A DNA stretch of 64,000 nt from Patescibacteria group bacterium. GTDB taxonomy: Bacteria > Patescibacteriota > Gracilibacteria > JAHISY01. Position numbers and translations under genes: made by a program. Below are positions 9,256-17,333 of this stretch, in pieces (positions within the stretch are counted from its first letter, which is position 1; every line of letters begins with the position of its first letter). Where the stretch lies: contig JBAYIN010000002.1 in the NCBI GenBank assembly GCA_041665585.1, forward strand, positions 34,869 to 98,868. Reading direction: 5' to 3'. A model generated the notes under the pieces. That model did no database searches and was not told the DNA's origin. It saw only the letters and a program-made list of their open reading frames with translations.

Positions 9256-9942
9256 AGTTTCCTCCTTCTTGGATTTAGATTTGGAAGAAGATTTTGCGGC
9301 CGGTTTTTCCACCTTCGCCTCGATTTTGAAAATGTTGGTAAGCTCGAGGAGCGCGGATTTTTCGAATAAAATTTGGTCGAATTTCGTGAGATCGTGCGGA
9401 TTGAGCAAATTAACAAAGAGCGGCTTCACAAATTCGAGATTCTGAGCCGATTTGATGAGTGTCGCATTGCGATTGTGGACGACCAAAGTCGAGCGGCTCG
9501 CTGGCAATTTCGCGAGTAATTTCATAAACTCTTTGGTCTTCGGCGCTTTCAATTCGAAACTTTCGAGCGCGATAATTTTGGATTCCTGAGCTTTGGAGGT
9601 CAACATAGAAGCGAGCGCGAGTCGGCGTGCCTTCTTCGGCATCGCGCGACTGAAATTGCGATCGTTGCGCGGTCCCCAGGCGACACCTCCACCACGCATG
9701 ATTGGCGAAACACGATCACCGCGGCGCGCATTACCTGAGCCTTTTTGGCGGAGAATTTTAATCGTCGAATGGGCAACCTCGCTGCGTTTGAGCGTGTGTG
9801 CCGGAGAAATACGCGCATTCGCGTGTTGGCGTACGAGCGCAGTGTGCACCAGTACTGGATTGATCTTAGCTTCGAAGAGGGAAGCGGGAAGTTCAATCTC
9901 GCCTGTTTTCGAACCGTCCTGTGAGTAAATTGGGGCTTTCAC
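9241..9942 (-). CDS. rplD: 50S ribosomal protein L4 (uL4) with a Ser/Lys tail
   Basis: 233 aa with KGSGNARRGDRVSPIMRGGGVAWGP. GTG start. The last 4 codons and the stop overlap the tRNA-Gly 5' end. Confidence 0.93.
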   Translation of the reverse strand: MKAPIYSQDGSKTGEIELPASLFEAKINPVLVHTALVRQHANARISPAHTLKRSEVAHSTIKILRQKGSGNARRGDRVSPIMRGGGVAWGPRNDRNFSRAMPKKARRLALASMLTSKAQESKIIALESFELKAPKTKEFMKLLAKLPASRSTLVVHNRNATLIKSAQNLEFVKPLFVNLLNPHDLTKFDQILFEKSALLELTNIFKIEAKVEKPAAKSSSKSKSKKEETAGVV

Positions 9943-10007
9943 GAGAGTAAAGGATTTAAACCCGCCGCTAAGCGGGCTAATTAGGTTGAATGTAAATTAA
10001 GTGGAAA

Positions 10008-10289
10008 TTATTCTGCGACTGCAGCCGGAGTCTGAACTTTGCAATCAATTTGTTGGAGCTGGATCGAAGTCTCATCGAGATTTACCGGGAAAGGTTGGCA
10101 AGTCTCGGCCTGTTTGATGAGATCGACGACCGCCTGTTGATAACCAGCCTGCGCGGCTTTATTGACTTGATTGACCTGAAAATTTTGCCAGATGCTATTA
10201 GCGACGAAGACGACCGAGAAGATGATCCATGCCGCGAGAATGATTTGACCGATACCACCGTTTTCGAGAAGTTTGCATTTGAACTTCAT
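10008..10289 (-). CDS. orphan small membrane-anchored protein inserted between rplC and rplD
   Basis: 93 aa with one N-terminal hydrophobic helix (IGQIILAAWIIFSVVFVA). I recognise no family. Its leader shares the TTAGGGTT..CG.ATTTTT motif with the 94-bp cassettes. Confidence 0.5.
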   Translation of the reverse strand: MKFKCKLLENGGIGQIILAAWIIFSVVFVANSIWQNFQVNQVNKAAQAGYQQAVVDLIKQAETCQPFPVNLDETSIQLQQIDCKVQTPAAVAE

Positions 10290-10315
10290 ATTTTTAGGGT
10301 TAGAGTGCGAATTTT

Positions 10316-10900
10316 TTAATTGGCTTCGATTCTGATGAGTGTGCCAATCGAACCAGGAAGCGAACCTTTCACGACGAGCAGATTTTTTTCGAGATCGACT
10401 GCGACGAGTGGAACATTTCTTTTGGTGACTTTATCGCTTCCCATACGCCCTGGAAATCTTTTGCCCTTCGGCACACGACCCGTACCCGTCACCGCGCCCG
10501 AGCTGGAGCCCGGTTGGCGATGGTGATGGCTACCGTGACTCTCTGGTCCCCGGGAGAAGTTGTGGCGTTTGATGACACCGGCAGTACCTTTACCTTTGGA
10601 GATGCCGGAAACTTTGACCAATTTGATTTCTGAGAATGCCGCGACGGAAATTTTGTCGCCCTTTTTCTGTTCAGCTTCACCTTCAATTTTGAATTCAGCT
10701 AGGTGGCGAAACTTCCGAGTTTTTTGTGGCTTTTTCAATTCGTCGAAACCGAGGATTAACGCGGGATATCCGTCCTTCTCGGTTGTTTTGATTTGAGTGA
10801 TCTCGTTAGGAGAGCATTCAATTACCGAGACGGGGATCACACCACCGTCATCCGCGATTACACGCGTCATGCCGACTTTGCGGCCGAGTATTCCAGTCAT
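10316..10900 (-). CDS. rplC: 50S ribosomal protein L3 (uL3)
   Basis: GILGRKVGMTRV...KGKGTAGVIKRHNF.RGP.SHGS is canonical. Confidence 0.94.
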   Translation of the reverse strand: MTGILGRKVGMTRVIADDGGVIPVSVIECSPNEITQIKTTEKDGYPALILGFDELKKPQKTRKFRHLAEFKIEGEAEQKKGDKISVAAFSEIKLVKVSGISKGKGTAGVIKRHNFSRGPESHGSHHHRQPGSSSGAVTGTGRVPKGKRFPGRMGSDKVTKRNVPLVAVDLEKNLLVVKGSLPGSIGTLIRIEAN

Positions 10901-11000
10901 TGGAAGAGGTTAGAGCTGCGTTGAACTTAAGTCCCGCAAGTGCGGGAGCCTCAGCAGCGTGGTTAACTATTTTTAAGGCTCCGATTTTCGAAGCGCGAGA

Positions 11001-11028
11001 ATTTTACCTAAACTTTTTTTAAATGCAA
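11001..11028 (-). promoter_or_regulatory. sigma70-like promoter upstream of rplC
   Basis: Minus strand reads TTGCAT, 16 nt, TAAAAT. It sits about 95 nt upstream of the rplC ATG and just after the inserted orf88. Confidence 0.45.
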
Positions 11029-11056
11029 ATCTTTTTTTAGACTTTTTTACCAAACT

Positions 11057-11323
11057 TCAATTATATAAAATACGGAATTGAAAGCGAGTGCCCTCGAGCA
11101 ATCTGATTAGATCAGGAATCTTTTCAGGATTAGCACCATACAAAGTAAAAGTTGACTCCAAATCAAATTCAGCATTCGTTGCATCTACAGATTCACGCAA
11201 TACTTTTGGAGCAAAAATTGCAAGATTATCCATTGCCCTACGAAGATATAATTCGTTCTTTGAGGGCGAAGTAAAAACCTCAATCACAACCGAGGGGGGT
11301 TTTCCTTTTTCTACTTCTGGCAT
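11057..11323 (-). CDS. orphan 88-aa protein inserted between rpsJ and rplC
   Basis: ORF visibly AT-richer than the flanking r-protein genes. No family recognised. Preceded by 94-bp cassette copy A. Confidence 0.45.
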   Translation of the reverse strand: MPEVEKGKPPSVVIEVFTSPSKNELYLRRAMDNLAIFAPKVLRESVDATNAEFDLESTFTLYGANPEKIPDLIRLLEGTRFQFRILYN

Positions 11324-11414
11324 TTTAAAAAATTAGGGTTCGCATTTTTACACGCATTCCAAAAACTGACAAACTTCTAAACTTAATCCTTAATCCTTAG
11401 TTCTTAATCCTTAA
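11321..11414. repeat. 94-bp upstream cassette, copy A (about 90% identical to copy B)
   Basis: cattttaaaaaattagggttcgcatttttacacgc... starts exactly at the orf88 start codon. Its minus strand holds TTGTCA, 16 nt, TAAAAA. Confidence 0.9.
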
Positions 11415-11432
11415 CTAACATCTCACCGACTT

Positions 11433-11738
11433 TTATTGCGGTGTTTTATTGAGAGGCTCCCAGTGGCAAATAACCTCGTCACATTTACCATCCGGCGAAA
11501 TAACAAAAACCTTGGCTACATCACTCCGAACCAATCCTGCAATTGCCTCTTGAATTTCGGCACCATTATTGGCGACCTCAATTGGCTGAGTCATAGTCTC
11601 CTTGCCAGATAGCTTTGTGCGTAAATAACCTTCTCCATCTAAAAAAAGCAAAGTCGCATAACTTCGCACATTGACTCCATCTCTTCCTGTCTTTTTGATT
11701 TCGATAATTTGGCAATAGCCTTGTTCGCCTGGTTTCAT
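11433..11738 (-). CDS. orphan 101-aa protein inserted between rpsJ and rplC
   Basis: AT-rich ORF with no family recognised. Preceded by 94-bp cassette copy B. Confidence 0.45.
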   Translation of the reverse strand: MKPGEQGYCQIIEIKKTGRDGVNVRSYATLLFLDGEGYLRTKLSGKETMTQPIEVANNGAEIQEAIAGLVRSDVAKVFVISPDGKCDEVICHWEPLNKTPQ

Positions 11739-11829
11739 TTTAAAAAATTAGGGTTCGCATTTTTACACGCACTCCGAAAACTGACAAACCTTTGCCACTT
11801 AATTCTTAATCCTTAGTTCTTAATCCTTA
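11736..11829. repeat. 94-bp upstream cassette, copy B
   Basis: Aligns with 11321-11414 at about 9 mismatches. Spans exactly from the rpsJ stop to the orf101 start codon. Confidence 0.9.
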
Positions 11830-12204
11830 CTAAGCCATCTTGATCTCGACATCGACACCACTCGGGAGCGTGAGCGTCTGCAATGACGAAACTGTGTTCG
11901 GCGTGGATTCTTTGATGTCAATCAATCTTTTGTGTGTGCGCATCTCGAATTGTTCTTTCGCGGTCTTGTGCTTGAAGGTCGCGCGGTTGACTGTGAAAAT
12001 TTCTTTCTGTGTCGGCATCGGAATCGGTCCGGAAATAATCGCGCCACTGCGGAGCGCAGTATCGACAATCGTCTTCGTCGCTTCATCGACGATGCGATGA
12101 TCGAAAGCGCGGACGACGATGCGAATCGACGGCTTGCTATCAGAGAGCGATTTTTTCGTCGCTTTCGAAGCTTTCAGGGTTTTCGTTTTGGCAGTGGCTT
12201 CCAT
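11830..12204 (-). CDS. rpsJ: 30S ribosomal protein S10 (uS10) with a basic N-terminal extension
   Basis: [16 protein letters not shown]...GPIPMPT...THKRLIDI core, plus about 22 extra N-terminal residues. Confidence 0.93.
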   Translation of the reverse strand: MEATAKTKTLKASKATKKSLSDSKPSIRIVVRAFDHRIVDEATKTIVDTALRSGAIISGPIPMPTQKEIFTVNRATFKHKTAKEQFEMRTHKRLIDIKESTPNTVSSLQTLTLPSGVDVEIKMA

Positions 12205-12306
12205 AAAATTGATTTAGAGCTTGCCCTCGACTTGATCGAGGGTAGGCGGATTTTAGTGAATTTTTTAGAAAAATCAAAACTAAATATCGGAATACTGTTC
12301 CTCATC

Positions 12307-12558
12307 TTAATCCTCATTTAAAACCCGATACCCTAATTGCTCAAACCCCTTGTTTAATTCATCATTAGTAATTGAACGAGGAACATCACGGACAGTAAAG
12401 GATTGAATCGAATCTTCATTAAGAAAAACAATTCTTCCGCAATGCTCCCCAATACATTGCATAATCATAGACCTAATAAACCTAGCATCTAAAAGATTCA
12501 CCTTCTCTGTATCAGACACGACACATTGAATTTCTCTAGTCTTGGTTTCAGTAGACAT
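12307..12558 (-). CDS. orphan 83-aa protein
   Basis: AT-rich ORF upstream of rpsJ; no recognisable motifs. Confidence 0.4.
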   Translation of the reverse strand: MSTETKTREIQCVVSDTEKVNLLDARFIRSMIMQCIGEHCGRIVFLNEDSIQSFTVRDVPRSITNDELNKGFEQLGYRVLNED

Positions 12559-12616
12559 TTTACAAAAATTAAAAATAAGACCGCAGCTTAATCGAACTCA
12601 TTAAAAAAGCAAAACG

Positions 12617-12976
12617 CTAACTCTTAATGTTCTTTTTCGCAGCTATAATTTTTTGTATTTCCGAAAAAAAACCAAACGGATTTTCCCACTCTGCCAGTAT
12701 CGAGCCTGCTCGATATGGAACAGCCCTGGCAAAATTCTCAGGGCGCATGTGTTTATTTCTTTTTTTGTCGCAGTCTTTTTTTGTCAGACACTGCATACTG
12801 TCGCGAATACTTTTTCGAACACCTTCACATAAAACTTGACAGCCGGTGGATAAAACCATGTCGTAGAAAAAATCATGATGGTCGAAATATGGATTTTTAG
12901 ATCGTAGCCGGTATTGCTCATTAAAGAACTTAATTTCCTCACTGGTTGGAGCTCGTTCTGTGATCCCAAATGGCAT
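12617..12976 (-). CDS. orphan 119-aa protein
   Basis: AT-rich ORF. Its leader (catttagcaaattagcgttgtatttta) resembles the cassette leader. Confidence 0.4.
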   Translation of the reverse strand: MPFGITERAPTSEEIKFFNEQYRLRSKNPYFDHHDFFYDMVLSTGCQVLCEGVRKSIRDSMQCLTKKDCDKKRNKHMRPENFARAVPYRAGSILAEWENPFGFFSEIQKIIAAKKNIKS

Positions 12977-13018
12977 TTAGCAAATTAGCGTTGTATTTTA
13001 TTAGACAATTTAAATTTT

Positions 13019-13813
13019 TCAAAAAACTTTCGTGCCTTTGCCTGCCAGAGCTGCATCGATTGGGTTTTCTGAGCTTCTCCCGTCCGCGAAAATCACTTCG
13101 CCGACGCCAGCCTCGATGGCGCGTTTCGCCGCCAGAATTTTTTTCTTCATGCGTCCGACTGCGAATTCGTCAGCTTTTTGAATTGGGATTTCACGAATCA
13201 GGCTCGCTTCGTTTTCAACATTCTCAAGCAAACCCGGCGTGTTCGCGAAAAAAATTAATTTATCAGCCTGCATTTCAACCGCGATTTTTGAGGCGATTTT
13301 GTCGCCATCGACATTCACCTCAGTCGAATTTTCCGCAGCCGCAGGGGGAGCGACGACGAGAATTTTTTTGTCTGCCAGAATTTGGTGAATCGCCGCCGCG
13401 TCAATTTTTTCAATCGAGCCAGTGAGGTCGCCCTCGACGACTTTCACTTTGCCATCCTCAACGATGCGCATCCGACCGTGCTGTTTGGCGAGAATTAAAT
13501 TATTTTTCGAGCCGATTTGCGCGACAGCTGCGCCGCCAAATTCGGCAATTTTCACAGCGACTTTTTCAGCGGTGCCACCGTAGACTTCTTTGAGAAGTGC
13601 GAGCGTCGCCTCATCCGTCCAGCGCGATTTCTCACCGCGCTCGGAAGTAATCATGCGCGGAGTGATACCGCGTTCTTTTTGAACGCGTGAAAGCTCGGCG
13701 TTCGCGCCGACGACAATCACAATCTTTTCACCGGAATTTTGGAGAGCCGCTGCATTGCGCGCGAGCGCAGCGAAATCGATTCCATCACCACCGCCAAACT
13801 TCAGAACGAGCAT
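13019..13813 (-). CDS. argB: amino-acid kinase family protein, acetylglutamate / [LysW]-aminoadipate kinase-like (ArgB/LysZ)
   Basis: 264 aa: LKFGGGDGIDF..., DGKVKVVEGDLTGS, GRMKKKILAAKRAIEAGVGEVIFADGR. From memory it is closer to the short LysZ type than to classical ArgB. Confidence 0.75.
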   Translation of the reverse strand: MLVLKFGGGDGIDFAALARNAAALQNSGEKIVIVVGANAELSRVQKERGITPRMITSERGEKSRWTDEATLALLKEVYGGTAEKVAVKIAEFGGAAVAQIGSKNNLILAKQHGRMRIVEDGKVKVVEGDLTGSIEKIDAAAIHQILADKKILVVAPPAAAENSTEVNVDGDKIASKIAVEMQADKLIFFANTPGLLENVENEASLIREIPIQKADEFAVGRMKKKILAAKRAIEAGVGEVIFADGRSSENPIDAALAGKGTKVF

Positions 13814-13842
13814 TTTTAAATTTTATATTTTAAATTTTAAAT

Positions 13843-14874
13843 TTAGAGTGGGTGTAGTCCTAAAAATTCTAAGCCCGCTTTTTCGGCGAAACCGCAGGCG
13901 AGATTCGCATTTTGAATCGACGCGCCCGCCGCACCTTTGCCGAGATTATCGAGCGCGGCGACCGCAGTGATCCGATTGGAATTTTCATCGAGCTGCCAGC
14001 CGACATCGCAAAAATTCGTGCCAGACAAAATCTTCGGCTCAGGCAAAGAATGGATACCGGAAATTTCTTTGACGATGCGGACGAATGGCTCGGTCGAATA
14101 TTTTTCGCGGAAGAGTTTCCAAATGTCTTTGTCGGAAGTCGGCGCAGTGAGCCAAGCGTGCGCGTGGCAAACGATTCCGCGTACTTCCGGTGTCGAAGTA
14201 ATCGAGTAGCCCGGCACATTCGGCAAATGCAATTCTTGAATCGCTTCGCCAGTGTGACGATGACCGGACAATTTGTAGCTGCGCAAAACTCCGGCGCGTT
14301 CCGGATGGTGCGAGCCGGCTGAAGGCTTGTTGCCGGATCCGCTCGACGCAACCTTCAAATCAAAAATAATTTTGGAAGTGTCAACAATCCCGAGTAGCGG
14401 CAGCAGCGCGAGAATCGCAGAAGTCGCGGTACAGCCGGGGACAGCGATGCGCTTCGATTTTTTGATTTCTTCGCGGTGAATTTCGGGCAAACCGTAAACC
14501 CATTTTTCCATGCCATCAGCAATCGGCGCATCGGGATACCATTTCGCGAAATCCTCTTTTTTTTGAAAGCGGAAATCCGCCGACGAATCGATGATGATGT
14601 CGCCCAATTTTTCGAGCGCAGAAATCTTGGTCGCAAGCGCGCCGTGAGGAAGGCAGGAGAAAAGAATGTCAACTTTTTCGACTTCCGAGATTTTGGAAAA
14701 TTTCAAATCCGTCGCACCGCGCAAATTCGGGTGAACTTTGCCAATCGCTTTGCCAGCGAAATTTTCGCTCGTCGCGAATTTGATTTCGAGGTTGGGATGA
14801 CCGAGCAAGAGACGCACGATTTCACCGCCGACATAACCAGATGCGCCGATCACGGCTGCAGAGAGTTTTTGCAT
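13843..14874 (-). CDS. argC: N-acetyl-gamma-glutamyl-phosphate / [LysW]-aminoadipyl-phosphate reductase (ArgC/LysY)
   Basis: 343 aa with VIGASGYVGGE Rossmann start and active-site PGCTATS. Adjacent to the kinase. Confidence 0.85.
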   Translation of the reverse strand: MQKLSAAVIGASGYVGGEIVRLLLGHPNLEIKFATSENFAGKAIGKVHPNLRGATDLKFSKISEVEKVDILFSCLPHGALATKISALEKLGDIIIDSSADFRFQKKEDFAKWYPDAPIADGMEKWVYGLPEIHREEIKKSKRIAVPGCTATSAILALLPLLGIVDTSKIIFDLKVASSGSGNKPSAGSHHPERAGVLRSYKLSGHRHTGEAIQELHLPNVPGYSITSTPEVRGIVCHAHAWLTAPTSDKDIWKLFREKYSTEPFVRIVKEISGIHSLPEPKILSGTNFCDVGWQLDENSNRITAVAALDNLGKGAAGASIQNANLACGFAEKAGLEFLGLHPL

Positions 14875-14914
14875 AAAAGCATTTTAAACTGGAAAAAGTC
14901 TTTTGAAAAGAGGC

Positions 14915-14942
14915 TTGACTTTATAGAAAAAAAGAGTAGAAT
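14915..14942 (+). promoter_or_regulatory. sigma70-like promoter
   Basis: TTGACT, 16 nt, TAGAAT, about 65 nt upstream of the 15006 ORF. Confidence 0.5.
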
Positions 14943-15005
14943 CTCGCGCGGTCTTTTTCCAGAATTTCAATCTCGAAACTCACACCAATTAAAACCCAAT
15001 CCAAA

Positions 15006-15221
15006 ATGTTTCAGCTCTCCACCAAAAAAAGTCTCATCACGCTCTCACTCGGCCTGATCTTCACGGCTGGAATTTTGTTTTTATTGAAGGGCGGGGAAAT
15101 CAGCGAACTAGCTCTGAATGAAGAAAATTTAGCGCCAACTCAAGTCGTGAAAATCGCCGATCTTTCAAAAATCGACTGGGAGATTGAAGTGGTCGAAGAG
15201 TCCGACCTGCCCAAAAGCTAG
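15006..15221 (+). CDS. small membrane-anchored orphan protein
   Basis: 71 aa with an N-terminal TM helix (LITLSLGLIFTAGILFLL) and an acidic tail. Confidence 0.45.
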   Translation: MFQLSTKKSLITLSLGLIFTAGILFLLKGGEISELALNEENLAPTQVVKIADLSKIDWEIEVVEESDLPKS

Positions 15222-15293
15222 CGAGTAGCTTGATTCGGTTTTACAGAGAAAAGATTTGCGGCTAGAATCGAGTCTTATTTTTAAATTTGAATC

Positions 15294-16049
15294 ATGTCTG
15301 AGAAAAACCAGCGACGCGAAAGCTTCGTCGATAAAGAGCTGACTGGCAACGAAATAGTTGATGTGAGATTCAGCGGCAGCTCAGTAGGAGATAAGTTTGG
15401 GAGAGGAACGACAATCGGCGGGCAAGACCTGAACTCGCTCGCTAATTATTTTGGGAAGGGTGCTTCTGCATACGATGTTGATTCAATCACTTTTGAAAGA
15501 GTTCACATCGATAAAGTTAACAAGTTCATAGAGCAACGGCGAGCTAACTTCTTAAAAAATTCGGGCTTCCTTAAATCACAAGCTATACGCTATTTTAACG
15601 ATGCCCTTCGCGCAACGATTATTAATGTTCGCAATATATCCCGCCAAAAGATTGAAGCGACAACACCAAATCAGAACCGAACTCAAACTCCGGAAGTTCT
15701 GCCACTTGACGGAAAAGTGGATATCTGGATTAGCGGACCAGCTCTGGGGGACGGGAAGCGTATCGGGCAATTAGAAAATTTCGCAAGTGATCTTGTTTAT
15801 CGACTTGGGGCCAAATCATGCACTGATCCAAACCCAAAGGGATTCATGATCCAAGGCGCAGATGCAGGCTTGCTGCCTAAACTCGAGTCTGATTTAACAT
15901 ACTACGACAACTTAAATTTGGGCGAAGATCTTCAATTAAAAATTTCTAAGAAATTAGAATTTCAACAAGGCAGTCCTGACGAAGGTCGCAAACCAACCAA
16001 GTTTACTAAATGTCAAAAAAGTGGAAAAACCTGGAGAATGTTTCAATAA
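15294..16049 (+). CDS. orphan 251-aa protein
   Basis: AT-rich ORF; no motif recognised. Confidence 0.5.
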   Translation: MSEKNQRRESFVDKELTGNEIVDVRFSGSSVGDKFGRGTTIGGQDLNSLANYFGKGASAYDVDSITFERVHIDKVNKFIEQRRANFLKNSGFLKSQAIRYFNDALRATIINVRNISRQKIEATTPNQNRTQTPEVLPLDGKVDIWISGPALGDGKRIGQLENFASDLVYRLGAKSCTDPNPKGFMIQGADAGLLPKLESDLTYYDNLNLGEDLQLKISKKLEFQQGSPDEGRKPTKFTKCQKSGKTWRMFQ

Positions 16050-16051
16050 AA

Positions 16052-17314
16052 CTAAATCGAACAGCTCGGCGCAGCCTCACCACCATCGCGAATCTCGCCG
16101 TGACCGCGCCCGACCCATTTATAACTAGTCAAAGCTTCTAAAGCGAATGGTCCGCGGGCGTGCATTTTTTGTGTGGAAATCCCAATCTCTGCGCCGAGTC
16201 CGAATTCGCCTCCGTCTGAGAATTGCGTCGAGAGATTGGCGTAGACGCAGGCGGCATCGACTTCGCGCAGGAAACGGTCGATGGCTTTTTGGTCGCGCGA
16301 GATAATCGCTTCGGTGTGTTTGAGCGAATATTTCGCGATGTGTGCGAGCGCTTCATCGAGACTTTTGACGATTTTCAAATTCAAATCCAGAGACAACCAT
16401 TCACGGTCGAATTCAGGCGCATAAGTTTTAACCGTTAACCCACCGGATATCTGGCGGGTTAACTTAGCTGAATGAATTTTCACTCCGCGTTTTGCTAATT
16501 CTGGCAAAAGCTGCGCGAAAAGTTTCGGCGCGATTTTCTCGTGGACTAGTAAAGTGTCGAGCGCATTGCAGATCGTGGTGCGGCGCGTTTTGGAATTCAC
16601 GATAATCTTGACCGCCTCGTCGACGACCGCCGAGCAGCCGACGAAAATGTGGACGACGCTCGCGCCCGTCTCGATTGTCGGAATCAGGGAATTTTTGGCG
16701 ACGAAATCAATCAAGCCGCGACCGCCGCGCGGAATCACGAGATCGACAAATTCACGCGCCTGCAAAAGTTCGCCGACAATTTTGCGATCGGGCGAGTCGA
16801 TGAATTGAATCGCATCGAGCGGAATTTTGCTTGATTTCAGGCTCGCGCGAATGATTTTGACGATTGCCCGATTCGAATTCAGCGCATCCGCCGAACCGCG
16901 CAGGACGATGGCATTGCCTGATTTCAGAGCTAAAACGATGGCATCGACCGTCACATTTGGGCGTGACTCATAAATCATCGCAAGCACGCCGAGTGGCGTC
17001 GAGATTTTTTCCAGCTTGAATTTCGCGCGCGGTTGCGCAATCTCAAGAACTCGTCCGACTGGATCGGGGAGTGTCGCGATTTTGCGGACTTCCGCCGCCG
17101 AGCCGAAAATCCGAGCGCGGTCGAATTTCAGCCGATCATATTTGTCGGCGGAAATTTTCTTCAAATCTTGAGCATTCGCTTTTTCAATCACTGCGTAATT
17201 TTGCTCCAGCGCGTCCGCGATTTTTTTCAGCGCGAAATTTTTGTCAGCGGTCGCGAGCGTCGCGAGTACGCGTGAACTCTTCTGCGCGGCGGCAAGTTGT
17301 TTTTGTAGATTCAC
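16052..17314 (-). CDS. proA: glutamate-5-semialdehyde dehydrogenase (gamma-glutamyl phosphate reductase)
   Basis: 420 aa aldehyde-dehydrogenase fold (IYESRPNVTVDA..., CNALDTLLVH). GTG start. Confidence 0.9.
   Translation of the reverse strand: MNLQKQLAAAQKSSRVLATLATADKNFALKKIADALEQNYAVIEKANAQDLKKISADKYDRLKFDRARIFGSAAEVRKIATLPDPVGRVLEIAQPRAKFKLEKISTPLGVLAMIYESRPNVTVDAIVLALKSGNAIVLRGSADALNSNRAIVKIIRASLKSSKIPLDAIQFIDSPDRKIVGELLQAREFVDLVIPRGGRGLIDFVAKNSLIPTIETGASVVHIFVGCSAVVDEAVKIIVNSKTRRTTICNALDTLLVHEKIAPKLFAQLLPELAKRGVKIHSAKLTRQISGGLTVKTYAPEFDREWLSLDLNLKIVKSLDEALAHIAKYSLKHTEAIISRDQKAIDRFLREVDAACVYANLSTQFSDGGEFGLGAEIGISTQKMHARGPFALEALTSYKWVGRGHGEIRDGGEAAPSCSI
16434..16463. repeat. 30-bp GTTAAC-flanked palindromic element, in frame inside proA
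   Basis: GTTAACCCACCGGATATCTGGCGGGTTAAC, translated as LTRQISGGLT. Confidence 0.85.
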
Positions 17315-17333
17315 TTTTTCGATTTACAAGTTC

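Noticed and set aside
9168-9416. 82-aa ORF-track entry on the minus strand spanning the rplW-rplD junction.
   Set aside because: It overlaps the tRNA-Gly and the 3' end of rplD out of frame. Its Arg/Ser-rich composition is typical of a spurious frame.
13869-14351. Numerous alternative-frame and antisense ORFs inside confident genes (e.g. 358-867, 1382-1765, 13869-14351, 22405-22998, 28522-29064, 43848-44360, 52262-52582, 53837-54586).
   Set aside because: Each lies wholly within a longer ORF that has clear family motifs. Their translations are Arg/Ser/Pro-rich low-complexity sequence, as expected from off-frame reading of moderately GC-rich coding DNA.
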